Position numbers and translations under genes: made by a program
Part shown: positions 48,855-62,429 of the stretch, in pieces
Numbering within the stretch: position 1 is the stretch's first letter
How the letters are laid out: each line of letters begins with the position of its first letter
The notes under the pieces: model-generated
Told to the model about the DNA's origin: nothing
The model's input: the letters and a program-made list of their open reading frames with translations, nothing else
Database searches by the model: none
DNA from: Psammoneis japonica
Taxonomy: Eukaryota
Reading direction: 5' to 3'
Length of the DNA: 64,000 nucleotides
NCBI GenBank assembly: GCA_008632985.1
Contig: QPGO01000109.1
Coordinates: 124,001 to 188,000, forward strand

Positions 48855-51800
48855 TGAACAAATGCTGACATGCTGTCACGAACACAGGCAGTTTATGTGC
48901 TGTTGGCGATTGGTCCACTGTTGCTCAATTGGTGGCCCCAGCAGCGTAACATCTCACAATTCCAGAACCTGTTGATGCTGTTCAACACTCTGTCTTGTCT
49001 TGCACCAAATTCTTGGCTGTCATGGTGGCATTTGTTCACTTTGTCAGAGCCAATGCGCCATGATGTTCATTGCCTGGAACGGGCATTGCGAACGGTGCGA
49101 CGGCATCATTGCGATCGATCGATTTTTGCGGCAAGCGCCATGTTGGTCCCATGGTTGCTCGCGCAATCGCTGAGTCCTTTGCATGTGTCAACATTCATGG
49201 ACACAAACGACATGCTCTTGGAGACCAGAGCTGTGATCCGTTAGACATGACGTTGGTGGACGAAATGTTTGATCATGTGGATGGAACATGTTGGCTAAGA
49301 CATGTGAACATTCGTGATGCAGATGACACAATGATTTGTGTGCAGAGGTCTCTCATTTGATCATGTGCATTTCATTGATCAAAGTGCGTCATCAAATTGT
49401 TTTGACACTGTGCATGTGGGTGCATGTCTGTTGGACATTGTCGCCTGGGGGCAACACCGCCTGCTTGCGGGTTCACCAAGCAGAAACCGCCAAATCGGCA
49501 CGAGAACCACACATTTTTCTCACTTTCCTCCACTCACACAAGTGGATGCTCACGCGTCGAAACGCGAACAACTGCTGACACACCATGGCCGCTGCCGCAG
49601 CCTTCACCGCCTGTCTTGCACATTGTGGATGCAATGCGCAGACGCGCACCTGCACAGCCCGCCAAGGCTTTGCTGCGATCGAGGACCTGGAACAGGTCCC
49701 TTTGACGGAAATTGCCGATGTGACCAAGGGCATTGTGAAGAGTGTGGATGCCGCCGCCAACCCCCAAGTCCGCTTTCCACACATGGCCAATCGCAAGCTC
49801 AAGGCACTGCGCGCATGGATTGACTGCCGCAGAGCTCGGAATCAAGAGCCGACCACTGCTCTCTTCGCTGGCGACGCCATTGGAACATGGACGACACGTC
49901 TGACGGAACTGGAGCAATTCAAGTCTGCCGACTCGGACAACGAATCGGCTGCCAAAACGGCCGTGGAGCTCAAGAACCCATGCAACTGGCCTGCCTTCCA
50001 AGAGCCACTGGAGACCAAACTGCGTCACCACCGCAGTGCCGTCACCGGAGTCCCCCTCATCTGCCTGACCAGGGAGCATGAAGAAGTCACTGCCGAGATG
50101 TTGGCTGCTGCCTGCACTGCCATTGACGAGGACCTCATTGCTGCCACCCGCCTTGCAGGAGCTCAGTGTGCGCAGGACAGGCAACGACTGCATGATCTCT
50201 TGAAGAAGTCAGTGATGGGGGGCCTGGATGGGCTTTTGTCAAACCTTCCAATCGCAATCGCGATGGTCGCACTGCCTTCTTTGCACTTGAGAGGCAGGCG
50301 GAAGGATCGGCTGCCGCCACCACCCAAAAGAACCGTGCTCACGCACAGATTGCCACCGCGAAGTGCACCGGATGGGGTCGATTTACATTTGACCAGTGCA
50401 TTCAGCGTCATCAAAAGGCTCACAAAACGACTTGTCTGAGCTTGATGAACCGGTGGCCGAGACCAAGAAGGTCTCTGACTTTCTGAAGGGTGTCTCCGAC
50501 CCCAGGTTGGAAACTGGCAAGAGCACAGTGGATGGAGACCCAACGAAGCCAGTGGATTTTGAGGCATGCCAGCAGCACATGAAAACTCTGGTCAAGAATG
50601 CCAAGAACTGCAATGCTGACACTCGCGGGATCGCATCCGTCCAACGCCGCAACAATCGGAGCACCAACCCTGGTGGGAAGCACCAACCTAAGAAGGACAA
50701 GCCCAGGATTCAGGCAGGCCATTGTCCATTGAAGAGTGGAGTGCTCTTGATGGTCCTGAGCAAGAGCAAGTCCAAAAGCACCGCGATGCCAAGAAGGCCA
50801 AAAAGAAATGCAAAGCTGCTGCTGCATCCTCAGAGGCTGAGTCGGTCGACACCGAAACTTGTGCTGTGAAGAAAGTGGCCACTGCCGAGCCCACTGCTCA
50901 ACCCACTGACACACTGAAAGACTCCGACGAGCCTGACAAACCTGCCGCCAATGCAGGCACCCAGTTCGGATGCAGTGCGCATGAGAAACCTCAGAAGGAG
51001 GAATGAACAGTTGCGCCAGCACCAAAAGGTGCAGAACCAAAAGTCACTGCACCTGCTGGCACTGTTTGTTTGTCTGGGCGCTTCTCAAAGGATGTGCACA
51101 TCTCTTTGTCATCTGCTGGAAATTCAGATGACGAAGCCACCACTGACTTGGACTCACACGCTGACATGTGTGCTGTTGGGTCCAATTTTGTGATGCACTC
51201 TGACATCAACAGAACTGTCGTGGTTCACCCCCACTCCGAAGAGCATGCGCCAATGGAGGGTGTCCCCATTTGCACGGCTGCTGCCGTGTGGGTTGATCCA
51301 ACTGATGGACAACCATGCCTGCCACTCGTCCACGAGGCCATGTTTTTTGGGGACAAGATGACTGACACCCTCCCATGCCCCAACCAACTGCGAGCAAATG
51401 GGCTGATTGTCCACAATGCCCCTCGCCAGTTTGATCCGACCAGCACGCACTCCATTTCTTTTCCTGACTCGAAGATCAGGACACCATTGCGAATGAGAGG
51501 TGTTGCTTCAGTCTTTGATTCACACAAGCTGACAAAGGAGGATCTGGAGAACCTCCCCCGGCTGGAACTTGCATCGCCCCTGAGATGGGAGCCTTCTGCT
51601 GATGCCATGGCGCAAAAGGAGGAAGCACATGCATGCGCCAGTGTGCGCCAAGGATCAGCAAAGTTGGGTGGATGGACGGTCGACGATGATGAATGTGACC
51701 AGGTGTGTTGCTTCCATTCATTCATGCCAAACGTCCCATCACAATGAGAGTGTCATTGTGGGTGCCAATGACAACGATTCATTTGTCACTGCCTGGTTGC

Positions 51801-54800
51801 TCAGGCAAATGTCTCCCACAACGACACTGAGGGAGACGGGCCACACGACCGGCATGACCCAGATGTCCACCCGGATTGTGCCGAGCGGAAACGGGTGCAT
51901 GCACTGTCAACCTCGAGTCGTGCATCAACACCATCACGCCCGAGACACTCTCTAAAAGGTGGAGCATTGGCCTGACGGCCGCTGAGAACACCCTCAGAGT
52001 GACGACCCAGGCAGGGGTCCGCAATGTCCACACACCATCCAAATGGAAAGTCCGGAAGAAAGCCCCTTGGCTTAAGTTCCCTGCTGTCAAGGGATGACTC
52101 TACTCCAACCAGATGTTTTCGAAGGTCAAATCGACACATGGCGAGATGGGAGGAAGTGCACTTGCCAACGGAAGGGGGTGTGATGGGTTCTGTCCTTGGA
52201 AGAGGAAACAGGACCACTCAGACGCCGTCATGTCATTCACACATGACGTTGGTGCACCGCAGGTCCTTGTGTCGGATGGCACGCAGGAAATGGCGGAAGG
52301 CCAGACCAAGGAGATCTGCAAGGAATGCAGGACACACCAGGAGGTGTCCACCCCATGCAGCCCCTGGCAGAACCCAGCCGAGGCATCCATTCGTGAGTTG
52401 AAGAAAAGAGTCCGTGTGACTCTACGCCGGACTGGCGCTCACAGGCGACTTTGGTCCCACAGCGCCAAATGGACATGTGACATCCAACGCATGATTGCGA
52501 CCAGCATGTTGGACATGGGAGGACGAGTCCCAGAAGAGGAGGTGACAGGTTCGACACCCGACATCTCTTCCCTCTCTCTCTTTGATTGGCATCAACCTGT
52601 GCATTGCTGTGTGCCTGTGGCGGAGTTCCCACACGAAAAGAAGTGCATTGGCCGTTGGCTTGGAGTGGCTGACAACTGCACTGATGATGTGGCATTCATT
52701 GTTTTGCCCGAATCAGGCAAACCCATTGTTCGGAAGGATGTGTGGGCCATGCCGGAGGATGACCTTAAAACTCCGGTGATCCAGATGGATCTTGCATTGG
52801 TCGATCAAGCTTTGATCGAACAGCTTGGCATCCCAGAAAAGGATGCCAGTGCTGACTTCCCTGAACTCCCTGACAACTTCATGGACGAATGGGATGATGC
52901 CGTTGAACCCGTGGAACCCGACTCTTCCAAACCGGAAGCTGATGAGTCTGCCCCGGAAGGGCCAGATGAATGTCTCACAGCTCAAGTCATGTCACCACGA
53001 GGAGGCAAGCTGACTCATGCTAGGGTCATTGCACGCAAGCGAGACAGCGACGGGGTTCCCATTGGTGCCAGGAACGACAACCCTGTCCTGGACTCGAGGA
53101 TGTGCGACATGGAATTCCCTGATGGATCCACTGATTCCTGTGCTGCTGGCGCAATTGCAGAGAACCCATTCGCTCAGATCGACTCTGAAGGGAATGCCTG
53201 CCAGATCATGAAGGAAACAGTCGATCACCGACGTGATGCCCATGCCGCAACGGCCGATGACGGGTGCATGACGACTGAGACTGGCAGGCATGCTCCTGGG
53301 AGGATGACCACAGGCTGGGACCTGCAAGTTGAATGGAAGGATGGGACCACATCCTGGGTTCCTCTCAAGGATTTGAAGGAGTCCAATCCAGTCAAGGTTG
53401 CTGAGTGCGCTGCAGCGAACAAAGTGGCTGGTGAACCAGCCTTCAACTGGTGGGTCCGAGACGTCTTGCGTCGCAGGTCAAGGATCCTGAAGAAAGTCAA
53501 GTCGCATCACTGGAAACACACGCACAAGTTCGGAATTGAACTCCTGAAATCTGTTGAGGAAGCCATGGAAATGGATGACAGAACGGGGACCGACTTCTGG
53601 TTCAAGGCTGTCGAGAAGGAAATGCGTGACGTCATGCCTGCGTTCGAATTCCGTGATGACGACACTGCACCGGTCGGGTGCAAACACATTGATTGTCACA
53701 TGATCTTTGACATCAAGAGCACCCTCCAACGTAAAGCGAGCTTCGTGGCGGAGGCCATCAAACCAATCCACCTGAGGAATCGACACATTCCAGCGTGGTG
53801 TCGCGTGACAGCGTTAGGATGGCATTCACTGTGGCAGCTCTGAATGACCTGGAGGTCCTGAGCACTGACGTTCAGAATGCCCACTTGAACGCACACACTG
53901 AGGAAAAGTGTTGCACCGCTGCTGGCCTGGAATTTGGGAAGCAGAACAAAGGAAGGCCGGTGATCATTGTCTGTGCCTTGCATGGTCTCAAGTCTTCAGG
54001 TGCAAGATTTAGGGAACATGTGGCAGCTGCTCTGCGGGACGCTGGGCTCGAATCTTGCAAGGCTGACCCGGATGTCTGGATGCGGGCTGCGGTCAAGCCG
54101 GATGGCTTCAAGTGCTGGGAATGTGCACTTGTTTATGTGGACGACTTGTTGTGCGTCTCCCATGAACCTCAGAAGGTCATGGATTGTATGAGCTCTAGGC
54201 ACACGCTCAAGGACGGAAGCGTCTGCGAACCGGAAGAGCACTTGGGCACCCAGATCAGAAAGTGCCAGCTGTCTGACTCGGATGGTGAGACACGCTGGGC
54301 CATGTCCTCTGACCTTCATGTCAAAAGAGCATCAGCTGACGTTGAATTGGAGCTTGAGAAAACTGACAGGCATCTTCCGACGAAGGCATTGAAGCCTTTG
54401 AGCTCGGGACACAGGCCTGAACTGGACAGCTCACCTGAGTTGAATGCCAAAACGGCTAACCACCATCAAGGCCTTGTTGGTGTGCTGCGGTGGGCAGTTG
54501 AACTGGGGTGAGTGGACATTTTTGTCGCTGTCTTGCTCATGTCCTCCTGCTTGGCAGCACCATGAGTTGGACACCTGGACGAGGTGCTCCACATCTTTGC
54601 ACACTTGAAGGCTCACTCTAAGTCTGCGCCAGTGTTCAATGACTCTGAGCCCGTCTTTGACGAGAGTCGCTTTGCCAAGTGTGACTGGGAAGAATGTCAC
54701 CCTGGCACGGCTGAACCAATGCCGCCGAATGTGCCGGAGGCACGCGGGAACAGCGTGACCACTGCTTGCTTTGTCGACGCTGATCACGCCGGATGTGTGT

Positions 54801-55552
54801 GACGTGCAGGTCCCACACTGGGATCCTGACATTCATCCAACGAGCACCCATCTTGCATTGCTCTAAGCAGCAGAATGCCGTAGAGTCCTCTGCTTTTGGG
54901 TCGGAGTTCGTGGCCATGAAAACTGCAGTGGAGCAAATTGAAGCCTTGCGTTGCAAGCTTCGGATGCTCGGAATCCCCATGGATGGGGCCACCAACGTTT
55001 TCTGCGACAATGAAGCTGTCTTCAAGAACTCAACTAAACCAGAGTCCACTTTGAAGAAGAAGCACAATGCAATTGCCCATCACAGGACTCGTGAGGCACA
55101 AGCCGCTGGAACAGTGCGCATTGCTTGGGAAGACGGACGCATGAATCTGGCGGACGCACTGACTGAGTTGTTGCCTGGACCAAAGCTCGGGAAATCACAA
55201 GTCATGTCCCATGGCAAGTCCCAAAAGGGGACAAACCGAACGGGTTTGCCGCGTGGGTGCGGCTTTTCCCACCCCCAAAATGTGACTGCTGCCCTGGAAT
55301 GGGGCAGCATCAGGTTGCATTTGTCTGTTGATCTGACCCAAGCGGAGCCAGTGTCAGTTCGAGGGGACTGAACAAATGCTGATGTGCTGTCACGAATGTA
55401 GGCAGTTTATGTGCTGTTGGCAATTGGTCCACTGTCACTTGGTCAGTGGCCCCAGCAGCGCAACATCTCACAATTCTAGAACCTGTTGATGCTGTTCAAC
55501 ACTCTGTCTTGTCTTGCACCCAATTCTCAGCCATCATGGCAGCATTTGTTCA
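48855..55552 (+). mobile_element. Full-length Ty1/Copia LTR retrotransposon (diatom CoDi-like), inactivated
   Basis: 184-bp LTRs 48855-49038 and 55369-55552 with TGAACAAATGC...GCATTTGTTCA ends; AAAG on both flanks; tRNA-Met-like PBS remnant tgtcagagcc; PPT gaggggac; gag from 49585; protease LDSHAD, integrase PWQNPAE, RT YVDD, RNase H DADHAG and CDNEAV in Copia order. Confidence 0.95.
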
Positions 55553-57143
55553 AAAGGGTGTCAAGCTTGTGACTGTTCTTCTTCTTTCACCAGCAAATTG
55601 TTCTCTCTGTCTGCTGCAGAAGAGCCAATCTTCAAAGTCAAGCAAGCAAATCTCACTGCAGCACCGGCACCACACAAAGAAATGTTTCTCCACAAGAATC
55701 TCTTTCACACAATTGATTGTGGCTCTTCTGTTCTTTTCAATGATGCCACAGAGCAACATGACAAAAAGCACAAATGCACATGCATGAGACATCATTTGAA
55801 TGGCGACAACAGGCAAAGTGACACCCGTCAGTCGCTGCTTTTTGGGACACAACAAAATGGTGACTGTGGCAGATGACAGAGCTGTTGTGCACGGGCACCA
55901 ATTTCTTGCCGATTTGCTGCCAGACCGCCAATTTCCAGACACCTTGTTGACCATGTTCCTGCGCGTGTGTGTGTGACAATTGGAAGTGACATCACATCGT
56001 TGCTGACGCTTGCATTTTCATTTTGACCATGCGCCGTGCATTGTCGAATTGTTGTTCACGCTGTGTGCACCAATGTCTTCACCAGACACCAATGATTCCA
56101 ACAATGAGAAGCTGTTCTCAGGCAGCCTTGACAGTGCTTGTCAGATGAATGCATTGGCTCCAACTCCTGCCAACAACGGCGATGCTGCTGGCATCATGGT
56201 GGATCTGGTGTTGCTCTTGTGGCAGAGGGACGTGGTGGTGAGCAACGAGGTTGGAAGAGCTTCAAGCCCATGGTCTTGCAAGCCACTTGCAAGGACTCCG
56301 TCACCAAAACTGATCATGTCACGTTGCTCATTGTGGCTTCATCTGGTGTGTTTGCACCACGGACCTTTCTGGCTTCCAGCTGTCTGTTGTGGGCAATGGA
56401 ACGATGCTCAGCTGCATCTCCCAATGGCCTCAGAACTCCATGGACATGGATGCTCTTCATGCAGTTCTCCTTTCTGAAGCTTCTGCCAAAGGGGGTGGCC
56501 ATGGTGGCAATGATGAACTGTGTGACATGTGCAAGCGTCTTGAAGCTCTTTCAGATGAGATGGCTTCAATGGGGCAGTCTGACTCTGAGGTCCTGTCTTC
56601 CACGGCCATCACTCCCTTGTCAATCCAGGTCTCTAGGAAAATTGACAAGGTCCATTTGTTGGGTGGGCGCGATGGGTCCAGGGTCATTCATGTGGACCTC
56701 AAGTCGGAAGATTCGACATGTTGTGCTGTGGAGAATCCAGCAGTTAAGTTGATTGATGCTGTGGGTGACAGTGTTGGACTCATTGACAACAATTAGGAGC
56801 GTCAATGTTGGCGGATGGGATGCGCGCACATTTGACTCAACACGCAGATTGGGGTTTGGGATTGTCAGCAACTGATTGGCATGAGAAAATGCTGCTTTAG
56901 ACAACAGTCTCAGCACAACTGGTTGTTTGTGTGAAACACACAACTCAGCTCAATCTTGGGCTTGCGCTTTGTGGCAAGCAGGCTGGCACAGCAACATGCA
57001 GTCATTGTCTGCTCATGTTTTTATAAAAAAAACCACAAAATGACACAAGACCTGCACAGCTGGACAATTGCCATGATCCACCTCATCGTTTTGTCATTTG
57101 TGCATGCGCTTGGTGTGTGAGTGCACGTGTGCAAATGACAACA

Positions 57144-57911
57144 GATGTGCTCCAGCTCTGGGTGGGACCTTGCGCTGTGGCTGGAGTTCATTTTTTGAAA
57201 TTTGGAGTGGATTTCTGCTCAAGTGGTGCAACACGTCACCAAGTTGAAGCTCATTTCATTGGAAGGAAAACAAAAAGCACGAGAATTGTCACGTGCCCGG
57301 TGTCTCAACGATGATGCTCACAGCTTCTTGAAAATCTTTGGCTTTTTGACGTGTTCCAGCCGCATGTGAACCAAATCGTGCACAAAAACAACATTTGCGT
57401 GATTTTTGCGTGGTCCCTTGACGATCAAACTTTCGCCACCAAAAGCATGGAATTTGCAAATGCAAATGTTTTTCAACACTGACAAGACTCGTGTGAGTGT
57501 TGCAATGTCATTGTCATTGTGCCAGGGGCCCCACGGGTGTGTTTTACATTGCGTTAAAAGATTTGTAACACAACGGATGATTTTCGGCGAAAATGTTGCT
57601 GTCATTTTGATGTTGCCTAAATGTGTCTTTCTACGATCATGCTTGGCAGGTTTTCTACCTGCAAAGAAATCTCGGTGTAAATTCACTGATGCACAATGTC
57701 TCCATTGAGTCCACTGAGGAAGTCCACAACACATGTCCCATGAGGATTTGAGTGACCCTCAAAAAACTGTTTAAGTGTTCATGCTCTAGAAGCCCACAAA
57801 AGTCAATCCGTCCAAGCATTTGTTGTCAAAATGCTTCACACACTATAAGATGCACAAATCATGTTCAAAATGGACTGTCGTTTTGTGCGTCACCTGGGAC
57901 TGGAACACGTC
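57144..57911. mobile_element. Possible divergent GAC-TIR family copy
   Basis: gatgtgctccagctctgggtggg at 57144 and cacctgggactggaacacgtc ending 57911, but flanks (aaca/tttt) give no TSD. Confidence 0.45.
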
Positions 57912-58199
57912 TTTTGCACTGCGACCTGTGCCCACCTCACCAAGTCACCTGCAAAGCTCCATGAGGGATGAAGTGCAAAGACCCATCATGTCTGAAACCC
58001 GAAATCATTTGCATCAAAACACATGCATCAACTGTTCCTGGATTCTTGCGTTTGGAATCAATGGATGCCAGCGGACCTGTGGGCAGAGCACTGCAACACA
58101 AAGTTCAACATCGTTGATGAGGGAGTCCAAATCATGGGTGAAGAGTTGAAGAAGCAGCATGGCAGCATCAACAGGGTTTCAAATTTGATGGCAGAGAAC

Positions 58200-61100
58200 A
58201 ACGTTGTTGCCGATGTCAGTCAGCAGACAAATCTTGGCTCACTCACAGGCACTGCTCAACCAAGACATCCCCAATCATGAACTGGCCAAAAGGTTAGATC
58301 AAGACATGTTGCAGTTCTCCTTGGCTGCTGCCAAGAAGTGTCAGATTCACCGAGAGCCAGAGTGGTTGGTTGAACTGTCACAACTGCGGCAAGTTGAAGT
58401 CATGGAAGGAAACTGCCTCCATGCTCATAAAGTCAGGATTGCACCTCGGTCATTGGAAAGCCATGCATGCTTCCCATGCTCATTCTTGTGCCAAGACAAA
58501 GGATGGAGATCCGACGGAGGCCCACATTTGCCTGGACAATGTGCAGCAGACCTTGGTGCAAATCCAGCTCAATCTGCTCAATTGCGCCTTGTGCTGGGGA
58601 TGCTCGTGCAACTGATGGAGGGACATTGTAAACGTGATGACATTCAAGGAAGCCGGCAACAACAAGATCCATCGTTTGTGCATCATTCATGTCTGCGAGG
58701 CAGATTTCCAACTTGTCTCAAGTGTCCTGTGGCGTTCATTGGCTCAGAACATGGAGCACCAAAAATTGCACAACCCAGGCATTTGTGGCACGCGTCCTTT
58801 CCTGCACGCCAATGTCCCAGCATGTTTGGAAGAATTGATGTTGGAAATCAGCAGGGTGTCTCAGAAAACAGCTGTCCACAGCAACGGTGACTGCACCTCC
58901 TGTTGCGACAGGAACATTCCTGCTCTTGCAGTGCTTGAAAGTCACAACAATGGCGTGCCCAAGACCGTGACAAATTTCTGCAACATCTGCCCTCCTACAA
59001 GCTCGGTGCTGGCTAAAAACAGCCATCGGATTGTCTCCCACCTCATGTTCCCACACTTTGGACTTTCCCATCTACGGCACAGGACAAGGCAGTGGCAACT
59101 CTCCACCATGCTGGAACCAGGTGTGTGACAGTTTGTTTGATCTCTTTGACCAAAATGCTCACGGAGCCTTCTTCGAGTCCCCTGATCATTCAGTGTCACT
59201 CAAGATCCACAACCAAGGACACGCAGATGACACGTCCAAGCAGGTGAACGACTTTGCTGCATCCCCTCAGTTTGGTGTGACCTGCTGAACGCAGCAGGAC
59301 ACGAGCTGGAACTTCCAAAGTGCTCCTTTCATGTCATCGAATGGAACTTTGTGGAGGATGGCGAACCATGCCTCCATGCATGCAATGATGACATTGTTGT
59401 TGACATCTCCTCTGCAGACAGGTCAGACAGCAGGCCCAGCACTCAACCATTGCCTTGCTCCTCCCACAAGACTTTGGGCCACCACAAAGCCCCGGCTGGA
59501 TCGCAAAAGATGCACCACAAGGCCTTGAAGAAGAAGAGTGATGTTAGATTGTCATGAAGCATGGACCCATTGCTTCACCTGCCACTTGGCAGCAATGACT
59601 CACACCCTTCCGAACACCCATTTTCTCCCCAAGGAACTGACAGAGATCCAGAGGAAGGCCATGCGCACGATCTTTGCGAAATGTGGACACAATCACAACA
59701 TGAAACGAGATTTCTCATTTGGCCCATGTTCCCTCGGTGGCGGAGGTTTCTGGTCCTTGGATGTCGAACAAGGAGTCAGCCAAGTCATGCAGTTCATGTC
59801 TCACTGGAGAGGTGTCAGCCAGCCACATGCCCTTTCATGGATTGCAGCATCTTGGGTTCAGTTTCATCTGGGCACCGGCACAAGCTTCTTGAAGGATGTG
59901 CACTCCCATCTGCCACATTCTGAGTCAAAATGGCTCTTCTCACTTAGACCCTTCCTCTCCCGCATCAACGCTTCCTTCGACCCAGACAAACCTGGAGTCC
60001 TTCCGCTTCAATGTGACAATGATCAACATCTCATGGATGTGGCACTTGACTCGGGACTTTTCTCTGACAAAGAAGTCAGGTGGGTCAACTGTTGTTGCCT
60101 GTTTCTCAATGTCCTCACAGTTTCAGATGTCACCTTGCCCAACGGCAGAGCACTTGACAAGCACAAGTTCCACGCACACACCTCAGTTCTCAGCAGCATT
60201 TCGACATTGCACCAAGTTGAACAGGCCGCCCATCTGCCAGAGCATGGAAACAATTGCAACGTGCCTGCAGGTTGTTGTGCAAGAATGACAATTTAGAACT
60301 TTGAGCCCCCCCCCCCCCCTTGGCTCTTGGGCAATTCCAGCAATGGAGATGCGCGCGACCTTTCCAGCACACTGCAAACCCAACAAAGATCATTTGTGTG
60401 TCAAGTTGGACACAGGTTTTCAGGTTTTCCCCGTGTCTCATGGCTCTGCTCAATCCATCAATCCTCTCAAGGTTGCACCTGATCTGTCTCCACGGGCTTC
60501 TCCAGTGATGGCAGATTCTGTCAGAGATGGCTGGTGGTGCATTGGACACAGGCTCTTCATTTGACCTGCCTCCCACAGTGCCAGTTCCTTCAGACTTTCA
60601 AGCTTGGTTGTCATCATCACCGCAATGGAAGTCATTCCTCTTTGCCGATGTTCGCCTGCATGTGTCCGTCTTTGAGATTGCACACTGCTTGCAGATGTGC
60701 CAATCAACAGCTGGCAGCGATGGGTCTGTCATCGGAAATGCAGCAACATTCGGCTGGACTCTCGCCATCAATGGTGCGGCACTGGCCGACTGTGCTGGTC
60801 CAGTGCTTGGATTTCACCCAACTTCTCACAGAGTGGAAGCATGCAGAGTGCTGTCCTGTCTGAGATTCTTGACTCAGGTGATGGAATGTTGTTTTGCAAG
60901 CTGCCCTCTGGGAAGTGACCCATGCTGCGATGGCTTGGCTGTCATTTGCCGTGTGTCAAAGTTTGAGGCACCGATGTCAAGCTCCCCTGCTCAGGAATCC
61001 GACTCCGTGCTGCACGGCTTTCACCGCAGAAGTCACACAGCAAACACAACATCCGCCAACTGCTGGGATGTCATTGATGAAATTTGCTCATCAACGGAAG

Positions 61101-62190
61101 AGATGTCTGCATCATCCACGGAGAACACTCCATGCATTCTGTCTCTGTCCAGTGGATTCTTAAAGGACACCAGGATTCTGCTGCTCCACATGAGATGCTT
61201 TCTCCACCTGCCAAAGTGAACGTCTGCACTGACAAGATTGCCGGTCAATGTCACAGAAAGTTCCAGGGCGACACCCTGCACGCGCCGCAGATGCCTCATT
61301 GTTCTGCAAATCTGGTCCTCAACAATTCCACAGTGGGGTCCAAGTTTAAGCAGGTCATGCGATGCGCAGCGTCTTGCCCAGCACTTGTTCAATGCATGAA
61401 AGAGAAACATTCTTGGACAGAAGATGCACTTCAGTCCATGGGTTGGGCTTCTCACTCCAAACTCATGTCTGTGTGGTCAAATTGGTTCAAGATTTGCTGC
61501 CCACAAACAAGACAGTGCATCGGTGCAACCCAAATCGCCCAGACACTTGTGTGCATTGCTCGCACCCAATGGAGGATCGGGGCCACATTTTAAAATGTCC
61601 TCATGACAAGTCATGGCGCCGCACCTTCTTCCTTCAAGGCCTGTGCAAGAAATGTGATGACATCTGCACTTCCCCTCCCATGCATGATCTTCTCTTGGAA
61701 GCCCTTGAAGCTTGGTTTGCAATCAAACGGCATTTCCGGAGGACTTGCACCTCAGTGTTGTGTCAGCATTCTACTCCCAGGATCTGATGGGATGGAGGCA
61801 AATTTTCAATGGCAGATTTGCCGTCCAATGGAGTGCAGTTCAAGCTTCGCACCTCAGGAACACAGAACTTCCTTCTGATGTGGCAGAGAATGTCCGGAGA
61901 TTGGATTGGTTGGCTGCTGCAGGAAGTTTCATTTGGTCTCAATGGTGGGAACCATGGGATCAACATGACAACGCAGTGCAGGGTCACGATGCAGAGATGA
62001 GGAAATCAGCCCAACGGAGAGATGCAGAGGCGGAAGTCAAGGTCATTTGCTCCAGATCAAGTGAACATCTTGCAAAGGACAGGTCCACCTTGTTTGACTC
62101 GGTGGAAGAACACTTGACTCATTCTGCTTGCAGATTGCAAAATTAGTTGGAAATGGTGAGACCCATGTTTAAATCCAGCATTGAGGAGGC
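58200..62190 (+). mobile_element. Non-LTR (LINE) retrotransposon remnant with RT, RNase H and a C-terminal CCHC motif
   Basis: RLCIIHVCEADF, DCTSCCDR (CYDR), GTGQGSGNSP, GHADDT, LELPKC, GP.SLGG.G; RNase H SDGS...E...CD...KGHQD...N..D..A; CVHC....EDRGHILKC. Confidence 0.85.
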
Positions 62191-62429
62191 GAAGTGGCTT
62201 GAAGTGAGGGGCACTCTTGCTGTTGCTGGTTGCTTTGGTGTGGTTGGGTTTTGTTTTTGACGGAGCAAATTTGTGCAAAATGGAACACTTGTGTGGCCTC
62301 GAGAAGGGCAGAAAACGATCACGTCACATGTTTCTTCTCATCACCGTTGAAAAGCCACCATCAAAACCTTTGTCCACCAGCAACTGGCAATGAATCTGCA
62401 GAGGTGTGGCTTTGTGAAGTGGAGCCGTC

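Noticed and set aside
49585..55200. Alternative genetic code or RNA editing as the cause of Tyr->Cys/His
   Set aside because: Neighbouring genes use Tyr normally, the changes occur on both strands and in non-coding TIRs, TSDs and LTRs, and the elements carry frameshifts and stops.
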